From Dehalococcoidia bacterium (lineage in GTDB: Bacteria; Chloroflexota; Dehalococcoidia; Lucifugimonadales; UBA3495), in the NCBI GenBank assembly GCA_034423215.1, contig DAOUIY010000043.1, forward strand, positions 31,600-95,599: 64,000 nt of DNA, written 5' to 3'. The notes under the pieces are model-generated. The model saw nothing but the letters and a program-made list of their open reading frames with translations, was not told the origin of the DNA and did not search any database. Positions within the stretch are counted from its first letter, which is position 1. Each line of letters begins with the position of its first letter. Positions 1 through 9,146 of this stretch are shown piece by piece. A program made the position numbers and the translations under genes.

Positions 1-525
1 TTCGCTCTTAACTCTGGTAATCAACTATGTTACCTGGCTCTCTAATGGCTTGGATGGCCGATCTATCAGCCCGTATAGGGCCCCGCTTTCCGTTCGCACA
101 ACCCGGTTTACTTGTCTGCTAAGTCACATCAGTTAAGGCTACACAATGTTAATGCTTCTTGCAGGCAAAAGCAATACCTTTGGCATATTTCTTTTCTACT
201 TCGTGCTGCTGTCTCCTCCAGGCATTTGTGACCATTGTCCAGTGGTCAATCTCGATAATGAACGTCACATATCACCTTCAACGTCGCCCCTTTCACCTCA
301 CTGTTTCCCCGACTTCGGGCCTGGGAGCATTTCCCCTTGCGACGGCTGCCGCTTTCCCGTGGAGAGCGGCAGCTTGTCCTTCCCTTCCAAGGAGCCGTAG
401 CCCTTGTCGTCAACCTGACCAGCCCTTGCCTTGTACCAGCCTGGCGTCGTTTCCGATATACATTCTCAAGTTTACTTGCGCAGGGAACACTGAAAGAAAT
501 TGCTGGCTGCTATTTTTTGTAAGTG

Positions 526-554
526 TTGACATTAAAAGCCATCGGTGCTAACGT
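526..554 (+). promoter_or_regulatory. putative sigma70-type promoter upstream of the ABC transporter genes
   Basis: TTGACA at 526-531, a 17-nt spacer, then TAACGT at 549-554. It lies in an AT-richer non-coding leader about 190 nt upstream of ATG 743. Confidence 0.3.
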
Positions 555-742
555 CATCGGCAAGTAAAACGGCTGCATTTATTATTTAAGAGTGTGTATA
601 TTAACTGGCTAAGTCTTAGTCAGCGCATCCGGCCCCTTTCTCTATCCAGTTCTCCGGGTCGCGAGCGGGGATTGCCGGACCGAAATACTCCATAGCCTGT
701 CACGTGACCTTGCAGGGAATCCGGTTCAAGCAGGAGGGCCCC

Positions 743-1942
743 ATGTTTGGAATACTGTTATCCGGTCAACGGTATTGGTTTTTGCTCCTGGCCATGTGCC
801 TGTTGGCCGCCCTGGTGGCCGGCTGCACCAGGGAAGTGGTCAAGGAAGTGCCCCGGGAAGTGGTGGTCGAGAAGGAAGTGGTTGAGGTTAAAGAAGTCCC
901 GGTGCAGGTGGTCGTGGAGCGGGAAGTGGTGAAGGAAATTCCCGTCCACCAGGTAGTAGAGAAGGAAGTAGTCAGGGAGGTGCCCCGGGAGGTGGTGGTC
1001 GAGCGGCCGGCAGACCCCGGAAAGCTGGTCGTCTATTCCGGCCGCAGCGAGTCCCTGGTGGACAATATCATTCAGCAATTCGCCGAGGCCACGGGCATAG
1101 ACGTGGAAGTAAGGTATGCCAATACCGGCCAATTGGCCGCCACCCTGCTGGAAGAAGGAGCCAATTCGCCGGCGGACATCTTCTTCGCACAGGACCCGGG
1201 CGGGTTGGGCGCGGTGGAGGCCATGCTGGCCCCCCTGCCCCCTGAAATCCTCGGCCAGGTTCCCGACTGGGCCCAGTCGCCCCGGGGCCAGTGGGTGGGC
1301 ATTTCCGGGCGGGCCCGGGCCGTGGTCTATAACTCCGAAAAGTTGACCGAGGCAGACTTGCCCGACGATATGTTCGGCTTCACCCGTCCAGACTGGAAGG
1401 GCCGCATCGGCTGGGCGCCCACCAACGCTTCCTTCCAGACCATGGTAACTGCCATGCGCTCCCAGTGGGGCGACGACAAGACCCGGCAGTGGCTGGAGGG
1501 CATTGCGGCCAACGACGCCAGGGTTTACCCCAAGAACACGCCCCAGGTCGCCGCCGTCGCCGCCGGGGAGATAGACGTGGGCTTTGTTAACCACTACTAC
1601 CTTTTCCGCTTCCTGGCGGAAGAGGGGGAGGACTTTCCCGCGCGCAACTATCATCCCAGGTCCGGCGGCCCGGGCTCCATAGTAATGGTTGCCGGGGCCG
1701 GAATATTGGAGACGGCAGAGAACCATGCCAACTCGTTGCGCTTCCTGGAATTCATGCTGTCTCCGGTGGCCCAGCAATACTTCGCCGGCCAGACCTTCGA
1801 GTATCCCCTGGTGGACGGAGTCAGGACTCAGCGGGTCCTGGTGCCCCTGGCCGAAATAATTCAACCCGAACTGACGGCGGCGGACCTGGTGGACCTTGAA
1901 GGCACCCAAAGGCTCTTGCAGGACAGCGGGGTTCTGCCATAA
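743..1942 (+). CDS. ABC transporter substrate-binding lipoprotein, Fe(3+)/FbpA-AfuA-like
   Basis: Track ORF is 704-1942. I prefer ATG 743, which is preceded by AGGAGG. The signal peptide has a lipobox (LVAGC). The mature domain (VVYSGRSESLVDNIIQQFAEATGIDVEV...FFAQDPGG) reads like iron(III) solute-binding family 1. An (E/K)VV-rich repeat tether follows the lipobox. Confidence 0.85.
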   Translation: MFGILLSGQRYWFLLLAMCLLAALVAGCTREVVKEVPREVVVEKEVVEVKEVPVQVVVEREVVKEIPVHQVVEKEVVREVPREVVVERPADPGKLVVYSGRSESLVDNIIQQFAEATGIDVEVRYANTGQLAATLLEEGANSPADIFFAQDPGGLGAVEAMLAPLPPEILGQVPDWAQSPRGQWVGISGRARAVVYNSEKLTEADLPDDMFGFTRPDWKGRIGWAPTNASFQTMVTAMRSQWGDDKTRQWLEGIAANDARVYPKNTPQVAAVAAGEIDVGFVNHYYLFRFLAEEGEDFPARNYHPRSGGPGSIVMVAGAGILETAENHANSLRFLEFMLSPVAQQYFAGQTFEYPLVDGVRTQRVLVPLAEIIQPELTAADLVDLEGTQRLLQDSGVLP

Positions 1943-2151
1943 TTAACTGGATGGTCCCGTCCGCCATTGGTCACCTGGCCAACTCGTCACCGGCCTGGTT
2001 ACGTCCGGGGCAGATCCCTGGTGAAGCTGCGGGGTAAGGGCAAAGTTCAGCAGCAGATGGTTCCACCATAACAATTGCAGGGACAGGCCATTGCCGGGAA
2101 AGTCGTCTTGGCCTGCCCCGACTGCTTCACTCTAACGTCTTTTCGGAGCCT

Positions 2152-2256
2152 TTCATCTCGGAATCCTTCAGGTCGGAACTCTTCAGGTCGGAACCCATCA
2201 GGTCGGAACCCATCAGGTCGGAACCCATCAGGTTGGAATGCATCAGGTTGAACCCA
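2152..2256. repeat. 15-nt tandem direct repeat, about 7 copies
   Basis: Unit TCAGGTCGGAACCCA. Perfect copies start at 2183, 2198 and 2213, with degenerate copies on both sides. It lies in the 346-nt gap between the binding-protein and permease genes. Confidence 0.9.
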
Positions 2257-2288
2257 TCAGCGCCATGCCAACTCAGTGAGCAGACCGG

Positions 2289-3905
2289 TTGAATCTTTCC
2301 CTTGCAAAATTGGTCGGCACGGTCCTGCGGCGGGTCGGTGGGTTTGATGTCCCTCCGGCCTTCCTGTGGGCGCCGGCCCTGGTTATTGGCGCCCTGCTGC
2401 TGCTGTCGCCCGCGTATCTTGCGATCCGTTCCCTGGGCGCCGGCCCGGAATTCTGGGATGCCCTGCTGCGGTGGCGGGTGCTGGAGATTCTGCTGCGCAC
2501 CCTGCTGCTGGTGGCGACGGTCACCGTTGCCTCCGTAGCCATGGCCCTGCCCCTGGCCTGGCTCACCGTTAGGACCGACCTGCCCCTGGCCCGGGTGTGG
2601 GGCGTGCTCCTGGCCCTGCCCCTGGTTATACCCAGCTACGTGGCCGGATTTGCGGTGGTGGTGGCGCTGGGCCCCCGGGGAATGCTGCAGGGTTGGCTGG
2701 AGGGCCCCTTCGGCCTGGAGCGGCTGCCCGACATCAACGGCTTCCCCGGGGCCTTTGCCACCCTTACCCTGCTGAGTTACCCCTACGCCCTGTTGACCAT
2801 TCGGGCCGGCCTGCAACGGCTGGACCCCTCCCTGGAAGAGTCATCCCGGAGCCTGGGCAACAGCTGGAAAATGACTTTCTGGCGGGTAGTGGTGCCCTTG
2901 TTGCGTCCCTCCATGGCCGCCGGGGGGCTGCTGGTGGCCCTGTACACCCTCAGCGACTTTGGCGCCGTTTCCCTGCTGCGCTACGAGACCTTCACCTGGG
3001 CCATTTTCGTCCAATACGAGGCAGCCCTGGACCGCACCCTGGGCGCTGCCTTTTCCCTGGCCCTGGTGGCGCTGGCCCTGTCCTTCCTGGCGGTCGAATA
3101 CCTCAGCCGGGGCCGTTCCCGCTATTACAGGGTTGACCAGGGCGTTGCCCGCCCGGCCCAGACCGTGCCCCTGGGAGCCTGGCTCTGGCCGTCGGTGGGT
3201 CTTTGCGCCGTCATCGTCCTGCTCTCCCTGGCCCTTCCCCTGGCCGTGCTGGTGTTCTGGGTAGCGCGGGGGGTCAGCGCCGGCGAACCGCTGCTGCTGC
3301 TGTGGGAAGCCGCCGGCAACTCTCTTTACATTTCGGCCCTGGCCGCCCTGGTGGCAGTAATGGCCGCCTTCCCCATTTCAGTCCTCTCGGTACGCTACCC
3401 GGGAGCCTTAAGCTCCCTGCTGGAGCGGATAACCTACGTGGGATTCGCGTTGCCCGGCATTGCCGTGGCCCTGGGCCTGGTCTTTTTCGGGGCCAACTAC
3501 GCCCGCTTTCTGTACCAGAACCTGTCCATCCTGATTTTGGCCTACGTCGTGCTCTTCCTGCCCACCGCGGTGGGAGCCACGCGCACTTCTCTGCTGCAGG
3601 TCAACCCCAGGATGGAGGACGCGGCTCGGAGCCTGGGCCGGCGGCCGGCCCAGGTTTTCATGTCGGTAACCCTGCCCCTGGTGCGGCCCGGCCTGCTCTC
3701 CGGGGCGGCCCTGGTATTCCTGCTCACCATGAAGGAACTGCCGGCCACCCTGATCCTGCGGCCCACGGGTTTCCCAACCCTGGCCACCTCCATCTGGAGC
3801 GCGGCCTCCGAGGCCTTTTTTGCCCAGGCGGCGGCCCCGGCCCTGCTGCTGGTGCTGGCATCCTCCGTCCCCCTGGCCTTTCTAATGCTGCGGGAGCGGG
3901 GGTAG
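2289..3905 (+). CDS. ABC transporter permease, fused two-domain FbpB/ThiP-type (iron(III) family)
   Basis: 538 aa with a TTG start and many hydrophobic helices in two homologous halves. Each half has an EAA-type loop (EESSRSLGNSWKMTFWRVVVPLLRP and EDAARSLGRRPAQVFMSVTLPLVRP). Confidence 0.85.
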   Translation: MNLSLAKLVGTVLRRVGGFDVPPAFLWAPALVIGALLLLSPAYLAIRSLGAGPEFWDALLRWRVLEILLRTLLLVATVTVASVAMALPLAWLTVRTDLPLARVWGVLLALPLVIPSYVAGFAVVVALGPRGMLQGWLEGPFGLERLPDINGFPGAFATLTLLSYPYALLTIRAGLQRLDPSLEESSRSLGNSWKMTFWRVVVPLLRPSMAAGGLLVALYTLSDFGAVSLLRYETFTWAIFVQYEAALDRTLGAAFSLALVALALSFLAVEYLSRGRSRYYRVDQGVARPAQTVPLGAWLWPSVGLCAVIVLLSLALPLAVLVFWVARGVSAGEPLLLLWEAAGNSLYISALAALVAVMAAFPISVLSVRYPGALSSLLERITYVGFALPGIAVALGLVFFGANYARFLYQNLSILILAYVVLFLPTAVGATRTSLLQVNPRMEDAARSLGRRPAQVFMSVTLPLVRPGLLSGAALVFLLTMKELPATLILRPTGFPTLATSIWSAASEAFFAQAAAPALLLVLASSVPLAFLMLRERG

Positions 3906-4039
3906 GGGTCAGGCGTTACCTCGCAGGCCAACAGTTCGGCGCTCAAGGCAAACGCCAAAAGCCCCAAGCTGATATTTCTGCCTGGGGCCCTGAGTAAGTT
4001 GTCCACGTTGAACCCGTTGACTCCCGAACAGGCTTACTT

Positions 4040-4444
4040 CTAATCGGCCAGTCCCTCGGCATCGGGTTGGGACGCCCCCGGCGGCACTCTGAAGACCACA
4101 TTGCCGTCGGTGTGGTTGGTGTCGTTGGTATGGGAAGTTATGGCATCGAAGAGCCTCTGGATATCGGAGCCGAGAACTTCGTGCTGTTGGTTCATGCGTT
4201 GCTCCAGCGATTGTACATCCTGTCGCAGTGACTGCATTTCAAGAGACTGTATTGCCTTGAATTCCTGAAACTCTCGAGCCTGGGATTCCCTAAAGCTATT
4301 GAGTTCCAGGGTTTGGGATTCCTTCAAGTCTTGAACTTGTTGGGCCAGCCGGCCAATCCGGTATGTTATGGTTGCTACCAGGAGCAGGAAGGTGATTACC
4401 ACTCCGGCGATGGCAGCTACCTGGGCAGCTTCTGAGAGTTCCAT
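4040..4444 (-). CDS. hypothetical membrane-anchored coiled-coil protein
   Basis: 134 aa. An N-terminal TM helix (VAAIAGVVITFLLLVATITY) is followed by a Q/E/L-rich heptad-like region. The gene looks AT-richer than its flanks. I recognise no family. Confidence 0.5.
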   Translation of the reverse strand: MELSEAAQVAAIAGVVITFLLLVATITYRIGRLAQQVQDLKESQTLELNSFRESQAREFQEFKAIQSLEMQSLRQDVQSLEQRMNQQHEVLGSDIQRLFDAITSHTNDTNHTDGNVVFRVPPGASQPDAEGLAD

Positions 4445-4579
4445 GGTGATGCTTTTGACCTGGCTCTGATTTTGTCCCTGAATGGGGCCGTGGGTGCACT
4501 ATAGCCTCTGATTGCCGCCGTTGAAAGCCGGCAAACATGCTAAACTGGTTATGCTTCTTTAATCCGACTTGGTGACGGC

Positions 4580-6163
4580 ATGCTTCGGCTGACAAGACTC
4601 CTTCCCCTTCTGGTCCTGGCGGCAACCCTTCTTTTTCTGGGTGGCTTTCCCCAAACCGCCCACGCCCACGGCTTTGGCGAACGCTACGACCTGCCCCTGC
4701 CTTTGTCCTATTTCGCCATTGCCGGGGCCGCCGCGGTGGTCCTCTCCTTTGTGGTGGTGGGCCTCTTTGTCCGGGGAGAGCGCTCCCGGTTTAGCTACCC
4801 CCGCGTCAACCTGTTCCGGTTCTCTCCCCTCAGAATCGTCCTGGCCGGGCCGGTTGCGTGGGGCCTGAAGGTGATTTCCCTTTTCCTGTTCTTCCTGGTC
4901 ATCGCCACCGGCCTGTTCGGCTCCGACCGTCCCGTCAGCAACCTGACGCCCACCTTCGTGTGGATTATCTGGTGGGTGGGCATGGGCTTCGTGGTGGCAT
5001 TGCTGGGCAACCTCTGGGCCGTGGTCAACCCCTGGAAGATACTCTTTGGGCTGGCCGAGGCCGTGTACCACCGGTTCAACCCCGACTGGGAGCTTTGCCT
5101 GAACCTGGACTACCCGGAAAAGGTCGGCGTCTGGCCTTCGGTGGTCCTCTTCTTCGCCTTCGTTTGGGTGGAGAACGCCCTGCCCGACGCCGCGTCCCCG
5201 GCCCTGCTGGCCTGGCTGATTATCGCCTACAGCATCCTCACCCTGGGCGGCATGTACCTGTTTGGCAAGCATCAATGGCTGCGAAACGGCGAGGCCTTTA
5301 CCGTGGTTTACGGCTTCCTCACCCGCTTCTCCATAACCGAGACGCGGGTCAAAGACTGGGAAGTGTGCGGGGAATGCGACGGCCCCGGCTGCGGCGCCGC
5401 AGGCAGGGAGGAGGGACTATCGTGCGTGGACTGCTACGAGTGCTTTGAGTTTGCCGCGGAGAGGGAACTTAACCTGAGACCGCCGGCCATCGGGCTGCAC
5501 TCGGAACAGCCATTGCCGGTGGGGCTTATGCCCCTGGTGCTGCTGGTGCTGGCCACAGTTACCTTTGACGGTTTCAGCGACACGCCGGAATGGGCGACGG
5601 CGCTGGGCTGGGCCCTGGCGCAAACTCCCAATTTGACCTCGCCCTACTTCAACGGGCTGGTGATTGCCAACACCCTGGGCCTGCTGCTGTTCCCCCTGGC
5701 CTTCGCGGGCATTTACCTGGCCTTCGCGGCTATGATGCGCTGGGTGGTGGAGCGCAGCGGCGGCGCCGGCCCCGCGGCCGCGGAGTTGATGACGGCCTTC
5801 GTATTTTCCCTGGTGCCCATTGCCCTGGCCTACCATTTCGCCCACTACCTGGGCTTCCTGCTAATCCAGGGCCAGTTGATAATCCCCCTGGCCTCGGATC
5901 CCTTCGGCGCCGGGGCGGACCTGTTCGGGACGGCGGGCTACGTGGTGAACATTGCCATCACCAACGCCCGGTTCATCTGGTTCTTTGCCGTAATCTCCAT
6001 CGTGGTGGGACACATCATCGCAGTGTACCTGGCCCACCTGCGGGCCAACACCATCTACGGCGGCGGCCTACTGGCCCTGAAAAGCCAGTTGCCCATGCTG
6101 GCGCTGATGGTGATTTACACGGTGGTGAGCCTGTGGATAATTTCGCGGCCTATCACGGAGTAA
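4580..6163 (+). CDS. polytopic membrane protein of unknown function with a Cys-rich loop
   Basis: 527 aa. The signal peptide ends ...PQTAHA followed by HGFGERYDLPLPL. There are more than 10 hydrophobic helices. The central loop is CGECDGPGCGAAGREEGLSCVDCYEC. A terminator hairpin lies downstream. Confidence 0.7.
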   Translation: MLRLTRLLPLLVLAATLLFLGGFPQTAHAHGFGERYDLPLPLSYFAIAGAAAVVLSFVVVGLFVRGERSRFSYPRVNLFRFSPLRIVLAGPVAWGLKVISLFLFFLVIATGLFGSDRPVSNLTPTFVWIIWWVGMGFVVALLGNLWAVVNPWKILFGLAEAVYHRFNPDWELCLNLDYPEKVGVWPSVVLFFAFVWVENALPDAASPALLAWLIIAYSILTLGGMYLFGKHQWLRNGEAFTVVYGFLTRFSITETRVKDWEVCGECDGPGCGAAGREEGLSCVDCYECFEFAAERELNLRPPAIGLHSEQPLPVGLMPLVLLVLATVTFDGFSDTPEWATALGWALAQTPNLTSPYFNGLVIANTLGLLLFPLAFAGIYLAFAAMMRWVVERSGGAGPAAAELMTAFVFSLVPIALAYHFAHYLGFLLIQGQLIIPLASDPFGAGADLFGTAGYVVNIAITNARFIWFFAVISIVVGHIIAVYLAHLRANTIYGGGLLALKSQLPMLALMVIYTVVSLWIISRPITE

Positions 6164-6251
6164 ACACTTAATCCACTAAGGGCACGAAGGACGCGAAGGG
6201 GTTGATTGAAGCCCGTTGCAGTTGGTTACCGGTACGACTGTATATAAGAGC

Positions 6252-6287
6252 AGAAGCCGGGCCAAATGGCCCGGCTTCTCTTTGCTT
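6252..6287 (+). terminator. rho-independent terminator
   Basis: 12-bp stem AGAAGCCGGGCC / GGCCCGGCTTCT with loop AAAT, followed by CTTTGCTT. It is flanked by inverted CACGAAGG-type REP arms at 6168-6200 and 6285-6318. Confidence 0.7.
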
Positions 6288-6320
6288 CGTGAACCTTCGT
6301 GTCCTTCGTGGATAATTAAC

Positions 6321-7091
6321 CTAACTCTCCAGCTTTACCGGGTTGCGCAGGATGCCGATGCCGTCAATGTCTATCTCGCAGATGGCGCCGTCGTCCATGT
6401 TGCTGGTGGTGCCCGGGGTGCCGGTGTAGATGCAGTCGCCGGCGTCCAGGGTCACGTAGCGGGAGATGAACTCGATCATGGTGGGCACGTCGAAGATCAG
6501 GTGAGCGGTGGACTCGTTCTGCTCCTCGCTGCCGTTGACGCGGGTGCGCAGGTGCTGGGCGTGGGGGTCCAGGTCCGTCTCAATCCAGGGGCCCATGGGA
6601 GAGAAGGTATCGGCAGACTTGGCGCGCCACCAGTCGGAGTTGTTTTCGTTGCGGTCCCGGCGCTGCCAGTCGCGGGCGCTGACGTCGTTGCCGCAGGTAT
6701 AGCCCAGGACATGGTTCAGGGCGTCTTCCTTGGATACGTTCTTGCAAGTGTCCTTGATAATCAGGACCAGTTCGCCCTCAGCGTCCAGGCGCTCCACCTC
6801 TTTGGGGCGGACTATGGTGTCCTCGGGACCGATGACGCTGGTGGGGGTCTTGTGGAAGACCATGGGATACGGGGGAGCGGGCCGGTCGCCGATGTGGCTG
6901 GTGTAGTTCAGGCCCATGGCCAGAATCTTGCCGGGGACTACGGGGGCCAACAGCTTGACGTCCGACAGCTTGTGAACGTGGTCGGTGACGGAGAAGTCGC
7001 CAAACAAATCGCCGTCAATGGCGGACACGTTGTCGCCGTCAATAACGCCGTAATGAATGCTTCCGTGGGCTTCGTACCGGGCTATCCTCAT
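6321..7091 (-). CDS. fumarylacetoacetate hydrolase (FAH) family protein
   Basis: ATG 7091 is preceded by AAGGAG (the track ORF extends to 7166). MRIARYEAHGSIHYGVIDGD..., GYTCGNDVSARDWQ and DCIYTGTPGT match the FAH/HpcE-type fold. Confidence 0.85.
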   Translation of the reverse strand: MRIARYEAHGSIHYGVIDGDNVSAIDGDLFGDFSVTDHVHKLSDVKLLAPVVPGKILAMGLNYTSHIGDRPAPPYPMVFHKTPTSVIGPEDTIVRPKEVERLDAEGELVLIIKDTCKNVSKEDALNHVLGYTCGNDVSARDWQRRDRNENNSDWWRAKSADTFSPMGPWIETDLDPHAQHLRTRVNGSEEQNESTAHLIFDVPTMIEFISRYVTLDAGDCIYTGTPGTTSNMDDGAICEIDIDGIGILRNPVKLES

Positions 7092-7213
7092 CTGTTGCTC
7101 CTTGCATATATGAGAGAAATTGGCGCCCGCCGCGCGCTTGGCGGCAAGGCGCACTAATGTTAGCACCTGCTGTGGGGGTTGGCTACCGTTGGGGACTGGA
7201 GAGACACAGGATA

Positions 7214-7882
7214 TTACGCCAGTGGTGGCGGTTCCCAGATGCGGCGCATTTCCAGCACAAACCCCGGAAGTTCCGGGTCGCCGGACAGGGTTTCCGGGGC
7301 TTCCAGTACCTCCACCGGGGCGCCTGGGCGGTAGATGTAAACGCGATGGCGGGGGTCCAGCGGGTCTATGAGCCAGCCCAGGCGAGCGCCGTTATCCAGG
7401 TACTCTTCCATCTTGGCCTGAATGTCGCGAAGGCGGTCGGAGTGGGAACGCAGTTCGATTACAAAATCGGGGCAAAGGGGGACGAACCGATCCATTGCCC
7501 CCTGGGGCAACTCGGCTAGACGGCTCTTCAGCGCCCACGAAGCGTCGGGGGAACGCAAGGTTCCGTTTGGCAAAACGAAGCCGCCATTAGAGTCAAAAGC
7601 TTCTCCGGTATCATCAACCTCGGCCCAAACGTCCAAACGAGCCGATATCCTGTTGTTCCGCCTTGAGGTGTTCCCACTGGTAGGCGCCATGAGTTCCAGT
7701 TCTCCCCGGGCGTTGATTTCGATGCGGAGTTCGTCGTTAAGACTGCACAATTCCAGAATCTGGTCCTCAGTCAACTTCAATTCCGGGGGCAACCGGAGCA
7801 CGATGGGACCGCAGGGTTCCGGTGTAACCGGATCCGTTACTGGCGGGGTTTCCTGGCGGGGTTTTGCCCGGGGCGTGGTCAT
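7214..7882 (-). CDS. Uma2 family endonuclease (DUF820)
   Basis: GELELMAPTSGNTSRRNNRISARL..., PDASW, CPDFVIELRSHSD and YLDNGARLGWLIDP follow the Uma2 PD-(D/E)XK pattern. Confidence 0.8.
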   Translation of the reverse strand: MTTPRAKPRQETPPVTDPVTPEPCGPIVLRLPPELKLTEDQILELCSLNDELRIEINARGELELMAPTSGNTSRRNNRISARLDVWAEVDDTGEAFDSNGGFVLPNGTLRSPDASWALKSRLAELPQGAMDRFVPLCPDFVIELRSHSDRLRDIQAKMEEYLDNGARLGWLIDPLDPRHRVYIYRPGAPVEVLEAPETLSGDPELPGFVLEMRRIWEPPPLA

Positions 7883-7941
7883 CTTGCCGCCACCTCTCTA
7901 CTGGTCGGGCTTGGTGGTTTCCTGAAATGATACCAGAATCG

Positions 7942-8766
7942 CTACCCCGGCTGGGCGTATTGCTGCTGGGCCAGGGTCTGGTAGGTGACGGGGGTTACCT
8001 GGACCAGGCCGGCATCCACCGGCAGCACCACGCCGTTGACCCAGCGGGCCTCGTCGCTGGCCAGGTACAGGGCCGCGTAGCCGATATCCCAGGAATCTCC
8101 CTCGGTGCGCAGGGGGGCGGCGCTCCGGCGGATTTCCCGCAGGTCGTCGTCCATCCGGGGGGCCACCATGGGAGAATAGACCAGGCCCGGGGCTATGCAG
8201 TTGACCCGTATGCCGTCGGGGCCGTGGTCGGCGGCCATGGACATGGTAAGACCCTGCACCGCCGCCTTGGACGTAGTGTAGGGAGTGCTGCTGTGGGCTC
8301 GCAAACCGGCGATTGACGAAATGTTGATGATGGAACCGCCGCCGCTCTCGATCATCTTCGGTATGGCGTACCTGCTGCACAGGACGATGCTCTTGACGTT
8401 GACGGCCATGACAAAGTCCCAGTCCTCTTCGCTGACCTCCAGCACCGAGCCGCGGCGCGAAATGCCCACGTTGTTGTCCAGCACGTCCAGGCGACCCCAG
8501 CGGTCAACGGCGGCGTCCACCATGCGGCGGCAGTCGTCCGCGTTGATGACGTTGGCCTCGAATACGTCGGCCTCGCCGCCCTCCTCGCGGATGATGGCAA
8601 GGGTTTCCTCAGCGCGGGCCTGAACATTGTCCACCAGCAAAACCTTGGCGCCCTCGCGGGCAAAGAGGACCGCGGCGGCCTTCCCGTTGCCCACCCCCGG
8701 GCCGCTGGAACCGGCGCCGGTTACTATGGCTACTTTACCTTCCAGTCTTCCCCTGCCTTCGGGCAT
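7942..8766 (-). CDS. SDR family oxidoreductase
   Basis: ATG 8766 is preceded by AGGAG (the track ORF extends to 8916). KVAIVTGAGSSGPGVGNG is the Rossmann motif. NNVG and YTTSKAAV (YxxxK) are present. Confidence 0.85.
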   Translation of the reverse strand: MPEGRGRLEGKVAIVTGAGSSGPGVGNGKAAAVLFAREGAKVLLVDNVQARAEETLAIIREEGGEADVFEANVINADDCRRMVDAAVDRWGRLDVLDNNVGISRRGSVLEVSEEDWDFVMAVNVKSIVLCSRYAIPKMIESGGGSIINISSIAGLRAHSSTPYTTSKAAVQGLTMSMAADHGPDGIRVNCIAPGLVYSPMVAPRMDDDLREIRRSAAPLRTEGDSWDIGYAALYLASDEARWVNGVVLPVDAGLVQVTPVTYQTLAQQQYAQPG

Positions 8767-8852
8767 AACAAATCTCCTGAATCTGGCCTGGTTGTGGCCT
8801 GGGTCTGGTTCGAAAGCCGGTACAATGGTCCGCCCATCAAGCAAATTGTGGC

Positions 8853-9146
8853 TCACGAGCCAACGCCGGCAAATCTCTCGACCTTTATTGTTTGAGAAGC
8901 CTGGCGAGCTTGCCACAGGTCGTAGGCCGTCTGCATGGCCAGCCAGGTCTCCGGAGTGGAACCAAAGGCTAGAGAAAGGCGGATTGCCAAATCGGCAGAA
9001 ACGCCTGCTTTGCCGTTAACCAGTTCGGACAGTTTCTGGCGGCTCACGCCCAACCCCTCGGCGGCCCTGGTAATAGTCAGCCCCAGTGGCTCCAGGCACT
9101 CATGCTTTACTATTTCTCCTGGGTGGCAGGGGTCATGCATTTCCAT
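8853..9146 (-). CDS. higA: HigA-family antitoxin (XRE-type HTH)
   Basis: HPGEIVKHECLEPLGLTITRAAEGLGVSRQKLSELVNGKAGVSADLAIRLSLAFGSTPETWLAMQ is the classic HigA/VapI pattern. The start is ATG 9146 or 9140, overlapping the upstream ORF's stop. Confidence 0.8.
   Translation of the reverse strand: MEMHDPCHPGEIVKHECLEPLGLTITRAAEGLGVSRQKLSELVNGKAGVSADLAIRLSLAFGSTPETWLAMQTAYDLWQARQASQTIKVERFAGVGS

Noticed and set aside
100-140. Minus-strand GTGCG motif (GGGTTGTGCGAACGGAAAGCGG) considered as the 5' end of a group II intron running off the window.
   Set aside because: No domain V/VI-like hairpin or other intron signature is visible. The motif alone is too short to be meaningful.
255-274. Fur-box-like sequence GATAATGAACGTCACATATC upstream of the iron-type ABC genes.
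   Set aside because: Only the first 8 nt and a few later positions match the 19-bp Fur consensus. It lies about 470 nt upstream of the start codon and about 250 nt upstream of the candidate promoter.
758-1909. Long antisense or alternative-frame ORFs throughout the track. Examples: 758-1909(-), 2127-2816(-), 4559-5275(-), 6216-7157(+), 13229-14407(-), 22064-23884(-), 24112-25707(-), 25329-27020(-), 31108-32211(-), 40388-41551(+), 44550-45779(+), 45976-47052(-), 51296-52933(+), 53429-54517(+), 56102-57067(+), 57728-58756(+), 59387-61060(+).
   Set aside because: They overlap genes with clear family motifs on the other strand or frame. They have Arg/Gly/Pro/Ala-rich composition typical of GC-rich shadow frames. 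They have no recognisable motifs.
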